Positions 42,333 to 53,655 of a DNA stretch of 64,000 nt are shown here, in pieces. The stretch's first letter is position 1; every line of letters begins with the position of its first letter. The notes under the pieces are model-generated. The model was not told the origin of the DNA. It saw only the letters and a list, made by a program, of their open reading frames with translations, and searched no databases. This stretch comes from Alphaproteobacteria bacterium (GTDB lineage Bacteria; Pseudomonadota; Alphaproteobacteria; Caedimonadales; UBA1908): NCBI GenBank assembly GCA_021298595.1, contig JAJTHL010000003.1:713-64712 (forward strand). The letters are read 5' to 3'. A program made the translations under genes and the position numbers.

Positions 42333-43088
42333 CTAAGGTGTCCTTGCATCTTTGTGAAGTGCGCGCCCTCTTTTTCCCTGAAAATATGACTGGATCCAGG
42401 GATGGGGATGAACGTAAAGCTCATCCAGCGTGCCAATCACGAGCTTTTTATCCACAAGAACTGCCACACGGTCACAAATGGTCACGAGGGTATCCAAATC
42501 ATGGGTCACCATGAGGACACACAGGGCGAGCTTTTCCTTTAGATTTAGAAGGAGATCGTCAAAGGCAGCCGCAGAAATGGGGTCAAGACCGGCTGTGGGC
42601 TCGTCTAAAAAGAGTAGCCTGCCATCCAGGGCAAGGGCTCTGGCAAGGGCGGCGCGCTTAATCATGCCGCCCGATAGTTCGCTTGGATATTTGTGAAAAT
42701 CTGAGGCCTTAAGGCCCACGATCAGAAGTTTTCGAAGGGCAATTTCGTGAACAAGTGGTTCTATGAGGTTTGCTTTTTCTTTCAACACAAGCATGATGTT
42801 TTCACCCACGGTGAGAGAACTAAAAAGCGCCCCGCTTTGAAACAGCACCCCGATTTCTTGGTCACACCCCAAAGGTTTTCCCTTCGGGCAATAGTGTGTG
42901 ATCTTTCCCGATTTTGGGCTCATCAAATGTAAAAGGACGCGCAGGAGCACAGATTTACCACTACCAGATCCCCCCACAAGCCCTACGATTTCGCCTTCAT
43001 AAAGATCCATTGTCAAATGATCATGGAGGATTTGCCCGTTTATTTCGGTCACAAGATTTTCCACGGACATGACTTTTAGTTCACCCAT
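42333..43088 (-). CDS. mlaF: MlaF-type ABC ATPase
   Basis: GGSGSGKS, FQSGALF, LSGGMIKR, DEPTAGLDP. Confidence 0.9.
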   Translation of the reverse strand: MGELKVMSVENLVTEINGQILHDHLTMDLYEGEIVGLVGGSGSGKSVLLRVLLHLMSPKSGKITHYCPKGKPLGCDQEIGVLFQSGALFSSLTVGENIMLVLKEKANLIEPLVHEIALRKLLIVGLKASDFHKYPSELSGGMIKRAALARALALDGRLLFLDEPTAGLDPISAAAFDDLLLNLKEKLALCVLMVTHDLDTLVTICDRVAVLVDKKLVIGTLDELYVHPHPWIQSYFQGKRGRALHKDARTP

Positions 43089-44221
43089 CAGACCCCTACA
43101 TATGAAAAGAAAATAGAGAACGCGGCGTCAAAAACGATGACAAGAAAAATAGATCTCACGACCGCCCTTGTGGTTTGAGTTCCCACAGTGTCTGCTCCGC
43201 CTTTGACGCGGAGCCCCTCAAAACATCCCACAAGGCCAATGACAAAGGCAAAAACAGGTGCTTTGATAATCCCCGTCCAAAAAGTCCAAGGCGTAATGGT
43301 AAGATTCAATTGAACCAAAAACTGCTCAAGGGTCAGGCCAATGAGGGCGCGCCCCATGAGGGCTCCGCCAGCCAACGCCATCATATCAGAGAAAAATCCC
43401 AAAAAAGGAAGCGCAACCATGAGCGCAATCATTCGGGGCAGCACGAGGTACATAACAGGATCCAAAGACATAACGCGCATGGCGTCAATCTCTTGGTTTA
43501 GCTGCATGTAGCCTATTTGGGCGGTGAACGCACTTCCCGAGCGGCCTGCGACCACAATGGAGGTGAGAAGTATGCCAATTTCCCGAAGGACCGAGACCGC
43601 CAGCAAATCAACGGTAAAGACCTCTGCGCCAAAGCGCTTGAGTTGATTGGCCCCCTGGTACACAAGGACGACACCAATCAAAAAAGAAATGAGGCCCACG
43701 ATGGGAAGCGCGCGAAGCCCCACTTGCTGCAAGTGATAAACCGTCGATGTCAGGCGAAAGGCACTGGGCCAGCGCGCAAGACGCAGCATGGCGACCACAA
43801 TTTCGCCCAAAAACGACAAAAGAGATAGAGTATCTCTGCCTACTTGAGTTGACTTTTCCCCCAACTCCTCTAAAAAAGACCAGATAAAAAATGGCCGGGG
43901 CGCTTTTTCAATTTTACGGCACTCAATGTCTTTTTCTGCACCCTTAAGAAGGTTTTCGATGGCTTTTGTTTTTCCTTCGACCTTAATCTTATCTTGGTGC
44001 TCTTGAAAAAAACGGTGAAGCACCCACGCTCCTGCCGTATCCATTTGCGTGATTTCTTTCAGATCAAGAATGATTTTTTCAGAGCCGATAATGAGATTTC
44101 TCAAAATCTGATCCACATCGCGCAGGAAAAGAGTCCGCCATTCTCCCTGGCAGATGAGCCTCACAAGGCCCTTATCTTTTTCAACGCGCACGCTGGCCGT
44201 CATTCTGACACTCCCTTTCAA
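43088..44221 (-). CDS. mlaE: MlaE permease with N-terminal STAS-like domain
   Basis: MDTAGAW, LREIG, AGRSGSAFTAQIG, EIDAM. Confidence 0.9.
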   Translation of the reverse strand: MKGSVRMTASVRVEKDKGLVRLICQGEWRTLFLRDVDQILRNLIIGSEKIILDLKEITQMDTAGAWVLHRFFQEHQDKIKVEGKTKAIENLLKGAEKDIECRKIEKAPRPFFIWSFLEELGEKSTQVGRDTLSLLSFLGEIVVAMLRLARWPSAFRLTSTVYHLQQVGLRALPIVGLISFLIGVVLVYQGANQLKRFGAEVFTVDLLAVSVLREIGILLTSIVVAGRSGSAFTAQIGYMQLNQEIDAMRVMSLDPVMYLVLPRMIALMVALPFLGFFSDMMALAGGALMGRALIGLTLEQFLVQLNLTITPWTFWTGIIKAPVFAFVIGLVGCFEGLRVKGGADTVGTQTTRAVVRSIFLVIVFDAAFSIFFSYVGV

Positions 44222-44300
44222 TCCACATCTAGTGTTCCATAAAAAGCCTTACGCTCAAAGAGTGTCTTAGAAAATCTTGAGCGTGCGCCGTCAAAGCTCC

Positions 44301-45155
44301 CTACCCCCGCGCCTTGCGCCACGCCGGGGTCTGAGGCGTCAAGCGCGCGCCGTCTGGCCCTTCTAGAATCACGTTTTCTTGGTCAAGCACTTCCAAGCGA
44401 AGACGCACAAGGCCCCACGCACCTTGGTGCGAGAGCATTTTACCAACCGCGTGGCGCGGCGCGCTCGGATCTGTGTTATGAAGATAAAGGTCTTCTTTAA
44501 AAGCAGGCGGCATTCCCTCAATGGTCACGGGCACCACCGTTTTACGAAGAATGCCTGTATAGTGGGTGCGCGCTGTGAGCTCTTGCCCAAGATAACACCC
44601 TTTGTCCCAGTCAATGCCGTTCAAAAGGTCAAGGCCGTACTCCAGCGGAATAGCCTTGCCCACTTCCATATCTAGGCTTCCTTCTGGCAGGCCCAGCTGA
44701 ATACGGCGCGTGTGATAAAGGCTAAGATCACCAGAAGCGTCAAAAGGCAAGCGCACAAGCGCGCGCCATCCCATTTGAGCAAGCCTTGGATCTTGGTAAA
44801 GCTTTACGATGTCTGCTGCTTGAGGGGGGGTGCTTGGCTCGATACACGCCACAACCGCGTAATGATCCGATAGATCTTCGAGCGACACCTTGGCGCGAAG
44901 GCGGTAGCGAGTTAACAAGGTCAAAAGCGCCCCCACACGGTCTTTTTCGCATTCAAGCAGATATCCGTCAGCGTCCTCGGTCACAAAAAAGTCATGATCA
45001 AAGCGTCCTTGAGGGGTCAAAAGCGCCCCATAAAGCGCGTCATTCTTGGCAAGCTTTTTCAAATCCTGGGTTATAAGTCCTTGAAGAAAGGAAAAGCGGT
45101 CCACGCCTGCGACTTTGATAACGGTACGCTCTAAGCGAATCCATGGGGTCATCAT
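44301..45155 (-). CDS. ygfZ: Folate-binding Fe-S repair protein YgfZ
   Basis: FLQGLITQD, LLTPQGR, KGCYLGQE; RBS before ATG 45155. Confidence 0.92.
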   Translation of the reverse strand: MMTPWIRLERTVIKVAGVDRFSFLQGLITQDLKKLAKNDALYGALLTPQGRFDHDFFVTEDADGYLLECEKDRVGALLTLLTRYRLRAKVSLEDLSDHYAVVACIEPSTPPQAADIVKLYQDPRLAQMGWRALVRLPFDASGDLSLYHTRRIQLGLPEGSLDMEVGKAIPLEYGLDLLNGIDWDKGCYLGQELTARTHYTGILRKTVVPVTIEGMPPAFKEDLYLHNTDPSAPRHAVGKMLSHQGAWGLVRLRLEVLDQENVILEGPDGARLTPQTPAWRKARG

Positions 45156-45163
45156 AAGGCTCC

Positions 45164-45538
45164 TTATGCTGCTGTGACGCTTGTTGCCAGCATAGGCCCC
45201 AAGGGCTTTCCTGCAAACAGATGAATATGATAATGGGGCACTTCTTGTCCGCCGTTCAGACCGCAATTGGATAAAAGCCGGTAGCCGTCTTCTTTTACGT
45301 TAAGTGCCCCTATGACCTTAGCCACAAAACGTCCAAAGCCAGTAATCTCATCAGGCGTTGCATTTTGATAGAAATCCTGGCTATCTGTATAAGGACCCTT
45401 TGGAATCATGAGCACATGGAGGGGCGCCTTGGGAGCAATATCATGAAACGCGAACCCCCAGTCGTCTTCTAGGACCTTTTTGCAGGGAATCTCGGCTCGT
45501 AAAATCTTTGCAAAAATGTTGCCAACGTCGTAGGTCAT
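45164..45538 (-). CDS. HIT family nucleotide-binding protein
   Basis: NIFAKIL, GQEVPHYHIH. Confidence 0.93.
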   Translation of the reverse strand: MTYDVGNIFAKILRAEIPCKKVLEDDWGFAFHDIAPKAPLHVLMIPKGPYTDSQDFYQNATPDEITGFGRFVAKVIGALNVKEDGYRLLSNCGLNGGQEVPHYHIHLFAGKPLGPMLATSVTAA

Positions 45539-45627
45539 GGCCTTACCTTTCTCCTTGCGGGATGAACTTGAACAGGGTTAAAGATAGTTAAAGTTTTGAG
45601 TGAATTGCAAACAGGAGTCAAGAGCCC

Positions 45628-46194
45628 ATGCAGACCTCTTCAACGACGCCCCCTTCTTGGCGCGGTACGACGGTTTTATCGGTGCGAAAAGGCAATCAGG
45701 TGGTGGTGGCCGCAGACGGTCAAATTACCTTTGGCGCCATTACATTAAAGTCCAATGCCAGGAAAATCAGGCGCATGGCCGATGATAAGGTCATTGTGGG
45801 TTTTGCGGGAGCAACCGCCGACGCGCTCACCCTGTTTGAGCGTCTTGAACACAAGCTGGAGCAGTACCCAACTCAGCTTATGCGCGCTTGCGTTGAGCTT
45901 GCCAAAGAATGGCGCACGGATAAGTATCTACGCCGGCTCGAGGCCATGATGGCCGTTGTGGACGTAAAAGTTTCACTCATTTTAACGGGTAATGGCGATG
46001 TTATGGAACCTGAGGACGGCTTAATTGGGATTGGCTCAGGCGGCCCCTACGCGCTTTCTGCGGCCAGAGCCCTTCATAACATTGACGGTTTTAGCGCCAA
46101 AGAGATTGCAGAGCGCTCCATGAAGGTGGCGGCTGACCTGTGCATTTATTCTAATAGTAACATCATCATAGAAAGCATTGAGATCCCATCATGA
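45628..46194 (+). CDS. hslV: ATP-dependent protease subunit HslV
   Basis: RG|TTVL propeptide site, [14 protein letters not shown]. Confidence 0.97.
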   Translation: MQTSSTTPPSWRGTTVLSVRKGNQVVVAADGQITFGAITLKSNARKIRRMADDKVIVGFAGATADALTLFERLEHKLEQYPTQLMRACVELAKEWRTDKYLRRLEAMMAVVDVKVSLILTGNGDVMEPEDGLIGIGSGGPYALSAARALHNIDGFSAKEIAERSMKVAADLCIYSNSNIIIESIEIPS

Positions 46195-47504
46195 GCCATT
46201 TTTTAACACCTAAAGAAATTGTGGCGGAACTTGACCGCTTTATTATTGGACAACAAGACGCCAAGCGTGCCGTCGCCATTGCCCTTCGCAACCGGTGGCG
46301 CCGTTTGCAGCTTTCCTCGGGGCTTCGCGAAGAAATCCTGCCCAAAAACATTCTGATGATTGGCCCCACGGGCGTGGGGAAAACCGAAATCGCACGCCGC
46401 CTTGCCAAGCTTGTGGACGCACCTTTCCTAAAGGTCGAGGCCACAAAATTCACCGAAGTCGGCTATGTAGGGCGGGATGTTGAACAAATCATCCGTGATC
46501 TTGTGGAAGCCGCTATTACCGCCAACAAAGAAAAAGGCCGCGAAGACGTGATGAACAAGGCCGAGCTTGCCGCCGAAGAGCGCGTTCTTGACGCCCTTGT
46601 GGGAGAAAACGCAAGTACCGAAACACGTGAGAAGTTTCGTCAAAAACTCAAGGACGGTCAGCTTGCAGATAAGGAAATCGAGATCGAGGTCAACGATCAG
46701 AATTCCATGCAGATGCCAACCATTGACGTACCAGGAATGCCGGGCGCCCAGATGGGCATGCTGAATTTAGGAGACATCTTTGGAAAAGCCTTTGGCAAAC
46801 GCACTAAAACGCGCAAAATGACCGTGGCCGAGTCCTACCGAATCCTGATGGAAGAGGAAAGCGATAAGCTTATTGATCAGGAAAAAACCATTGCCGCCGC
46901 CCTTAAGGACGTCGAGGAAAACGGCATTGTGTTTCTGGATGAAATCGACAAAATCTGTGCGTCTTCCCAACGCCAAGGGGCTGACGTTAGCCGCGAAGGT
47001 GTTCAACGTGATCTTTTGCCCCTCATTGAAGGCACCTGCGTCACCACAAAGTACGGCACGGTGCGCACGGATCATATTTTGTTTATTGCCTCCGGTGCCT
47101 TTCATATCGCAAAGCCCTCGGATTTGCTGCCAGAGCTTCAAGGACGCCTCCCCAACCGCGTCGAGCTTAAGGCGCTCACCCAAGAAGACTTCTGCCGCAT
47201 TTTAGTCGAACCCGAGTTTAGCCTTATTAAGCAGTACCAAGCCCTTTTATCGGCAGAAAAGGTTGATCTTTCCTTTTCGGATGAAAGCATTCAAGAAATT
47301 GCACGCCTCGCCGCCGATATCAACCAAAGCGTTGAAAACATTGGAGCCAGGCGTCTTCAAACTGTTCTTGAAAAGCTGCTTGAAGAAATCAGCTTTACAG
47401 CCAGTGACAAGGCGGGTGAGAAAGTAGAGATCTCGGCTGACCTTGTGCGCTCAACTGTTGGCGTCCTTGCCCAAGACCGCGACATTACAAAATTTATTTT
47501 GTAA
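46191..47504 (+). CDS. hslU: ATP-dependent protease ATPase subunit HslU
   Basis: [32 protein letters not shown]. Confidence 0.98.
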   Translation: MSHFLTPKEIVAELDRFIIGQQDAKRAVAIALRNRWRRLQLSSGLREEILPKNILMIGPTGVGKTEIARRLAKLVDAPFLKVEATKFTEVGYVGRDVEQIIRDLVEAAITANKEKGREDVMNKAELAAEERVLDALVGENASTETREKFRQKLKDGQLADKEIEIEVNDQNSMQMPTIDVPGMPGAQMGMLNLGDIFGKAFGKRTKTRKMTVAESYRILMEEESDKLIDQEKTIAAALKDVEENGIVFLDEIDKICASSQRQGADVSREGVQRDLLPLIEGTCVTTKYGTVRTDHILFIASGAFHIAKPSDLLPELQGRLPNRVELKALTQEDFCRILVEPEFSLIKQYQALLSAEKVDLSFSDESIQEIARLAADINQSVENIGARRLQTVLEKLLEEISFTASDKAGEKVEISADLVRSTVGVLAQDRDITKFIL

Positions 47505-47538
47505 GAACATCTGGCCGCCTTGTCTTTAAACAGGGCGG

Positions 47539-48039
47539 TCATTCTATTTGGGGGGCATTACGGAGGCGCTCTACCTCAAACTGAAAATCCTGAACATTTC
47601 CGGGCTCGACTTCTTTGATCACCAAGTGAAACCGAAGCGATTGCTCTTTGAGGTCTTCATCCTCTATGGGAAGCGTTACCTGACGCATTTCTTTGGGGCG
47701 AAAAGTAACTGCCAGCCAAAAGGGCCCATGCTTTTTCTGTCTTGAGACATAAGACAACGCGGCCGGTTGATCTATGACAAACTGTGTTTTATGTAAGACG
47801 CACCCCTCTTTCGCCGGTTCGCTAATGTATTGGGCAAAATGGTTCTTTTCTCCCAATGTGACAATCAACTTTTCCGCTTGCGCCGTAAAAATCTTGGCTG
47901 GCGTTTTGTCTTGCACTTCTTCAATGATCACCGAAAGGGTGTGCCAACTTGCCTCAAGGGGCGAGGAAATCAAAAAAACCCCCAAGGATAAAATTACTTT
48001 CATCAAAAAACTCATCCTTATATGACCTATATTTATCAT
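47539..48039 (-). CDS. Hypothetical exported protein
   Basis: 166 aa ORF with signal-like segment ending LEAS. Confidence 0.55.
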   Translation of the reverse strand: MINIGHIRMSFLMKVILSLGVFLISSPLEASWHTLSVIIEEVQDKTPAKIFTAQAEKLIVTLGEKNHFAQYISEPAKEGCVLHKTQFVIDQPAALSYVSRQKKHGPFWLAVTFRPKEMRQVTLPIEDEDLKEQSLRFHLVIKEVEPGNVQDFQFEVERLRNAPQIE

Positions 48040-48164
48040 TACTTATTTTAAAATAATCTTCTTTTTATTTCTAAGATTAATTAACAAAGAAACTCTTGTT
48101 AGTGTTTACTGGTGTCACGCAGCTGTTATGTATATAGTAAGAGGAGTGATCTGTAAAAGACTGA

Positions 48165-48593
48165 TTGTCTATGTCCGAAGAAAGCATTTTTTTTAAGAAG
48201 ACCTATCAAGAGGCAATCGCTCTTCTCGAGCGTGCCCATGGATACGCCGAGCGTGTCCTTCCCACCCAACTGGATCAAATGTCCCCCCTGGACGCCCTTT
48301 ACACAAATAGAGAAGTCATGCGCGTCACCGCAAGACTCACGCAAATCGTGACCTGGCTTATGGCCCAGCGCGCCGCTTACAATAAAGAGATTTCATCTCT
48401 CGAAGCTGCCAGCACTGAGTACCGACCACGCCAAGACAACACTTGCCTTGCGCAAACGCATTTGTCGGCTGACTTCTTTTTACCCCGCGCCTTACGCAGC
48501 CTTCTAGAAGACTCGTACAATCTCTATATACGCATTGTCCATCTTGCTGAAATCAACGCTCGACAGATTGAGGAAGAAGCATCATCAGATTAG
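48165..48593 (+). CDS. DUF1465 / RcdA-like regulator of CtrA degradation
   Basis: YQEAIALLE, EVMRVTARLTQIVTWLMAQRA, LPRALRSL. Confidence 0.75.
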   Translation: MSMSEESIFFKKTYQEAIALLERAHGYAERVLPTQLDQMSPLDALYTNREVMRVTARLTQIVTWLMAQRAAYNKEISSLEAASTEYRPRQDNTCLAQTHLSADFFLPRALRSLLEDSYNLYIRIVHLAEINARQIEEEASSD

Positions 48594-48599
48594 AGTAAA

Positions 48600-48638
48600 A
48601 AAATATAGCCTGCATGAACCCCATGCAGGCTATATTTT
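48600..48638. terminator. Bidirectional intrinsic terminator
   Basis: aaaatatagcctgcatg-aaccc-catgcaggctatatttt. Confidence 0.88.
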
Positions 48639-48659
48639 CTTGGCTTAGGAAGGTTTATT

Positions 48660-48884
48660 TTATGATTTGAGACCAAAGTTTTTGAAGCGAGATGAGAACT
48701 TAGAAAGCTGCCCACCCGAGTCGATTAAACGGTGGACACCTGTCCATGCAGGATGGGAACTTGGGTCCACATCCAAGCGCAGGGTATCGCCTGCCTTGCC
48801 ATAGGTGGAACGTGTGGTATAGCTGTTACCGTCAGTGGTCACGACATTGAGCTCGTGATAATCTGGATGTATTCCTTTTTTCAT
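48660..48884 (-). CDS. rpmE: 50S ribosomal protein L31 (Cys-free type)
   Basis: [16 protein letters not shown]. Confidence 0.97.
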   Translation of the reverse strand: MKKGIHPDYHELNVVTTDGNSYTTRSTYGKAGDTLRLDVDPSSHPAWTGVHRLIDSGGQLSKFSSRFKNFGLKS

Positions 48885-49058
48885 AGTACGACTCTCTTAC
48901 AAAAACTTCATACAAAAAAACCTAAGAGCTTTATACCGAAACATTCCAAGATACGCAAGAAAATGCCGCACTCTTTTTGAGATCGTACCTTTTACCTTGA
49001 GTCATCGGTATTTTTAGCGCACTCTTAATAGAAAACAGGGATAAACTAAGGCGCGTGT

Positions 49059-50869
49059 ATGGGAGATGAATCCAAAACAGTTACGTCGTGGCAAGATCTG
49101 TATAAAGAGGAAGTATCCAAACGACTTTTGCTAGAAGCTACTCTCAGCGAAAAAGAAAAATCTCTCGAACGCGCCCTTCATAAGCTTAAGGTTGAGGAAC
49201 AGCGATATGCCCTTGCGTTTCAAGGATCTCAAGACGGTCTGTGGGACTGGGATTTAAAAAGCGGCACGCTTTTCCTTTCCCAGCGGTGGCTTGCCATGCT
49301 TGGATTTGAACCGGGAGAGCTCCCATCAAGCCTAGAAGGATGGATTGACCGCGTTTATGAGCGTGATCGCAAAGATCTTGAAGCCGCCATTGAGGCCCAC
49401 TTCAAAGAACCGAGTTCCACCTTTTCCCATGAATATCGCCTGCGTCACAAAGAGGGGCACACTGTTTGGGTGCTCACAAGGGGGTATGCCTTCGGGATGA
49501 AGCAGGAGAGCCTATCCGGTTTGCCGGGACACAAACGGATCTCACGACACAAAAAGCCGTTCAACAACAAGCCCTTTACGAAACGCTTCATGACCCCTTG
49601 ACGGGCCTTGCTAACCGAACCCTTCTCCTTGAGCGTGTGGGACAAGCGCTTCTTCGCCATCAAAAGGATGTCAAAAATAGTTTTGCTCTTCTCTTTGTGG
49701 GGCTTGAGCTTTTCAAAAGCACAGTTGAGACGTCTTATGTTGATCAAACAGATTGGATACTTCAAGAAGCTGGGAAGCGACTTCTTGAAGTCTGCCGTCA
49801 CGATGACACTGTTGCCCGCTGGGGCGGTGACCACTTTATCATTTTTCTCGATGGGTACCAGGACGAAGAAGACCTCAAAGTTCTTTCACTACGTCTTTTA
49901 GAGAACCTTAGCCTGCCATTTGTCGTCCCGTCACAAGAGATTGTCATTCCTGCTTACCTTGGGATTGCTGTCAGCACGCGTGCTTATGAAAGCGCTGATG
50001 ATGCCATCTGGGACGCAGAAAGTGCTTATTTCTACGCTGAAAAAAACACGTCACGCACACCGGTTTTTTTCGAACAGCATATGCGTAAAAAGGCAAAATC
50101 CTTTTTTCAGTTACACGCCAATCTACGTCAAGCCATAGATCAAGAAGAGATCTTTGTGGTCTTACAACCTATTTTTGACCTTCAAGAAGGATACATGGTG
50201 GGGATCGAGACATTGGCGAGGTGGCACCATCCGCGCTTTGGGATCGTCCTACCCGACACATTTTTTCAATTGGCAGAGGACGAAAGTTTGAAACTTTCCC
50301 TTGAGAATTTGATTCTTCACAAGGCTTGCTATGCGTATCAAAGTTGGCCGCAAGAGACTAAACCCTCATTCTTTACCATGAATTTATCCTACAAGACCCT
50401 TGAGGACAATGATTTTGCCAATAGCATTTTTGACGCCCTTAAAGAACACAGTATCGCGCCAGAACAGCTTAAAATTGAGCTCTCGGAAAAAAGTTTAGAC
50501 GCCGCTGGGGACAGCATTCACTGGGTCCTTAAGCGCCTCATGAAAAAAGGGCTTGGTTTCATGATTGATGACTTTGGACAAGCTGGGACGTCCCTTTCAC
50601 TCCTCCATAGCGGTCTTTTTGAATATGTAAAACTTGCAAGGACTCTGTCTGCGCCCACACAAACCAAAGAGTTGATTATGGCGAAATCCATCATGACCCT
50701 TTGCCAGACTCTCTCCCTTGGTCTCATTGCCAAGGGTATTGAAACAACGGCCGAGCAAGATCTCTTTCAAAGAAATGGGGGACGCTTTGCCCAAGGATAT
50801 CACTTCTCGCATCCCCTCACCCTTGATGAGGCGCGCGAACTACCTCGCACGCCGCCGCCTTCTTCTTAA
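49059..50869 (+). pseudogene. PAS-GGDEF-EAL protein split by a 1-bp deletion
   Basis: DGLWDWD PAS in 49059..49601; HDPLTGLANR, GGDHF and ETLARW in 49466..50869; one more G at 49480-49484 restores WVLTRGVCLRD (~603 aa). Confidence 0.82.
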
Positions 50870-50943
50870 AAAGGTTGCCATAAAAAGACGTTTCACCCAA
50901 AGTGTCGGAAAGTGCCTGTGGATGTTGTATCTTTTTGTGATTG

Positions 50944-51736
50944 CTAGAACCGCTCTCCAAAGGAATCTAGCGCGTAGATATCTTCTAAATAATACACCCC
51001 CTTGTACTTGGACCACTTAACCGTGGGCTTTGAGGGGGGATCATCAAAGACCTGTCTCTTTATCGTCGTCATTTGAGGGGTTAAATAGTTAACGCTGCGC
51101 ACTTCAGCGTCATCTTGATATCCCTTATGATAGAGGATATGTTCTGATCCAATCAGACGAAAGCGCTCAGACTTTTTTTCATATCTAAAGATATAGTCAT
51201 TCAGATCACACCACCAACTGCCCTGGCTTTGAGAATGACCAGTGGTGATCTTCAGGCATCCTTTTTTGATGTCAACACCTCGGTAAGGATCATCCACTTC
51301 TGAAGGGTCATGGTCCATGGACGGAATCAACAGATCACTCGTGTGAATGACGTGATATCGTTCTTTTCTTTTAAGAAGAATCAAGAGTTTTCGAGGTGGA
51401 CCAGGAACCTCTTCTTGGCTTTCCTCAGAAATTTCTTCTATGTTTTTTTTAGGAACTTCTTCTTTGCTTTCTTGAAGGATCTCTTTTTTTTCTTGTTTTT
51501 TTTTCAAGAACAAGGACCGCATCGGCGATTCCATCCCCGTCCAAATCTCCTTCTACACTTTCAAGAAGGTTCCATCCTGTCGGGACAAAAGACTTAAAAG
51601 GAGACGATGACTGTGCACACAAGGTTTGCACCAGAAAATAACATAAAACAAAGGCAATCGCCCGCGAAAGAAGCACTTGAATATACCTGAATAAGACTTC
51701 ACGCAACCTATCAAATAAGTCGCTTCTTTTCAACAA
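50944..51736 (-). pseudogene. Exported hypothetical protein (GDLDGDG motif) split at a T9 run
   Basis: FVPTGW..GDLDGDGIADAVLVL in one frame, remainder in the next; removing one base at 51496-51504 joins them; start uncertain. Confidence 0.65.
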
Positions 51737-51893
51737 TGCTGGGAGGACAACCAGAAGAAAGTGCCCCCCGAAAGGAGACCTACCCCTTATGGAGAAGAAA
51801 TGAGTCTAGAGCTCACATCGTATGGCACATCCGCGCCACACATTCATAACTTTTGGCTCGCCATAAAGAAGGCGCGTCAGGACTTCTCTTTAG

Positions 51894-51928
51894 AAAAAGA
51901 TGGGGAGCACCGTAAAGGTTCACTCCCC
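51894..51928 (-). terminator. Intrinsic terminator of the 17-kDa antigen gene
   Basis: Minus strand ggggagtgaacc-ttta-cggtgctcccc followed by atcttttt. Confidence 0.6.
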
Positions 51929-51937
51929 GGTATCTTT

Positions 51938-52243
51938 TTATGAATAGTTTGGGTAGCGGTAGTATTCGCGCTCACGCTCGCGGTCGCGGCGGATGCGCGC
52001 CTCTTCAGCTTTACGGCGATCATTATCGTCCATGTTTTTACCAACGACATTCCCTAGATACCCACCACCAACAGCGCCCACAACAGCGCCCACAGCATGA
52101 CCCGCACCGCCACCAAATTGTGAACCAATGGCGGCACCTGCGCCCGCCCCCACGAGGGTCCCGATGGTTTGATTACTGGTATCCGTTGCACACGCCCCTA
52201 ACATCAGGGTTGTACTTAGTGCCAATACACTTGCAAGCCTCAT
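51938..52243 (-). CDS. Glycine-zipper lipoprotein (Rickettsia 17-kDa antigen-like)
   Basis: Lipobox LGAC, GTLVGAGAGAAIGSQFGGG, GKNMDDNDR. Confidence 0.85.
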   Translation of the reverse strand: MRLASVLALSTTLMLGACATDTSNQTIGTLVGAGAGAAIGSQFGGGAGHAVGAVVGAVGGGYLGNVVGKNMDDNDRRKAEEARIRRDREREREYYRYPNYS

Positions 52244-52371
52244 CTTTAGCCTCCCTAGCTTAAAACAAAATCACTCATTATCATGCTAAGGTAAAATTAT
52301 TAATAAACCGTAAAGATTGCTTTTAACAAAATGAAAAAAATAGAAAATCTTCAACTGATGGCAGCGAATCG

Positions 52372-53655
52372 TTAGCCCAAAATGCGCTTGATGAAGGGTG
52401 CGCGCCTGATGACATCCACGAAAAGCCATGTGGACAAAAAACCTAGCAAGAAAACGATGAGCACCTTTCCAAAGGTCGGCAACATCACATCGGCCAAAAG
52501 ATACTGAAGCCAAATGACGGGCACCTCATGAAGAAGGAAAATGCCGTAAGCACACGGCGTGTACCAAGACCAAAAGCGATTCGTATAGTTCATGAAACGA
52601 TGAAAAAGGCTCACGTACGTCAAGACTTGAAAAAGACAAAAAAAGCCGTGCAAGCTTGTACGCGCCAATGTCATGGGTACCGTTTCCTTTAAGACGGGCC
52701 AAGCTTCTTGCCAGGTACCCCCCGCATCAACGATTCGGTGCGCCTCATCGCTATACGCTCCCCCTTCAAAATAGGTAAGCGAATACCAGATGTAAGCAGT
52801 CCCAAAAATCCCCATCAAGACAAGCCACCATGCCCATTTTCCACTGATAGTTTTCCAAAAGTCATCTTGAAACGTGAGACCCGCCTGGGAAAGAGCGACC
52901 CCAGCCGTAAAGTAAAGCGCGTGGGTGAGAAACCTAGATCCCTGCAAATGAAAGAGGTTTGTAATTTTATCAAGGACGACCCAAAAGGTTTCCCCTTGCG
53001 TATCAAAATGTCCAAACCCAACCCACCAGGGCGCGCCCCAAAGGATGTCGCTGACGCCTAAAATCACGACAGACGTCAAGGAGAAGACCGAAAAGATGCC
53101 AAGGGCGTGGGCTTTACCCCAAAGGGCCATACGCCCTAAGGTTCGTCTTACCCCCGGCACTACCTTATCAAGGGCAAGGGCAATAAGGGTAAACAGAAGA
53201 AGGCAATACAGCACCCAGAAAGGGCCGCCCCCTTGAAGTTTTTCTTGGAAATAGACAGTTTTCCAAAACTCTCCATACTCCATAAGCGGGTTCGTTAGAT
53301 ACTGATACCGGGGGTATATGAGGAGCGGCACAATGAACGGGATCCCAATGATATAGGGGATGCCCAGTTTAATAAGTCTTTCTTTTATGTACCGTTTCGT
53401 GCCCTTTTTTGCAGCAGCAGGAAACACAAACAGCCCAAAAATAAAGAATAAAAGCGGCATGATGACGCTATTATCATGCATGTAAAAAACGTCCCATATA
53501 CCTGAGCGCTCGAAATCCCTAAAGAAATGAAAGCGTCCCCATTTGTCAGCGTAAGCATGCACACTGTGATCCCACAGCAGAAGCAAAAACGTGCCGGCCC
53601 TTAGGTGATCGATCCAAGCAAGGCGGTGATGGGGAGGTGTCATGGGGCGCTCCAT
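52372..53655 (-). CDS. Acyltransferase-3 family membrane protein (OpgC/MdoC-like)
   Basis: WIDHLR, MPLLFFIFGLF, ERLIKLGIP, YGIFLLH. Confidence 0.85.
   Translation of the reverse strand: MERPMTPPHHRLAWIDHLRAGTFLLLLWDHSVHAYADKWGRFHFFRDFERSGIWDVFYMHDNSVIMPLLFFIFGLFVFPAAAKKGTKRYIKERLIKLGIPYIIGIPFIVPLLIYPRYQYLTNPLMEYGEFWKTVYFQEKLQGGGPFWVLYCLLLFTLIALALDKVVPGVRRTLGRMALWGKAHALGIFSVFSLTSVVILGVSDILWGAPWWVGFGHFDTQGETFWVVLDKITNLFHLQGSRFLTHALYFTAGVALSQAGLTFQDDFWKTISGKWAWWLVLMGIFGTAYIWYSLTYFEGGAYSDEAHRIVDAGGTWQEAWPVLKETVPMTLARTSLHGFFCLFQVLTYVSLFHRFMNYTNRFWSWYTPCAYGIFLLHEVPVIWLQYLLADVMLPTFGKVLIVFLLGFLSTWLFVDVIRRAPFIKRILG

Noticed and set aside
48070-48090. CtrA-like site upstream of the rcdA-like gene (also 63050-63064 and 59278-59292)
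   Set aside because: Half sites or mismatched copies in AT-rich DNA; compatible with chance
51737-51893. Possible ncRNA with a ccGAAAgg hairpin
   Set aside because: No recognisable riboswitch or sRNA consensus; the stem is very short
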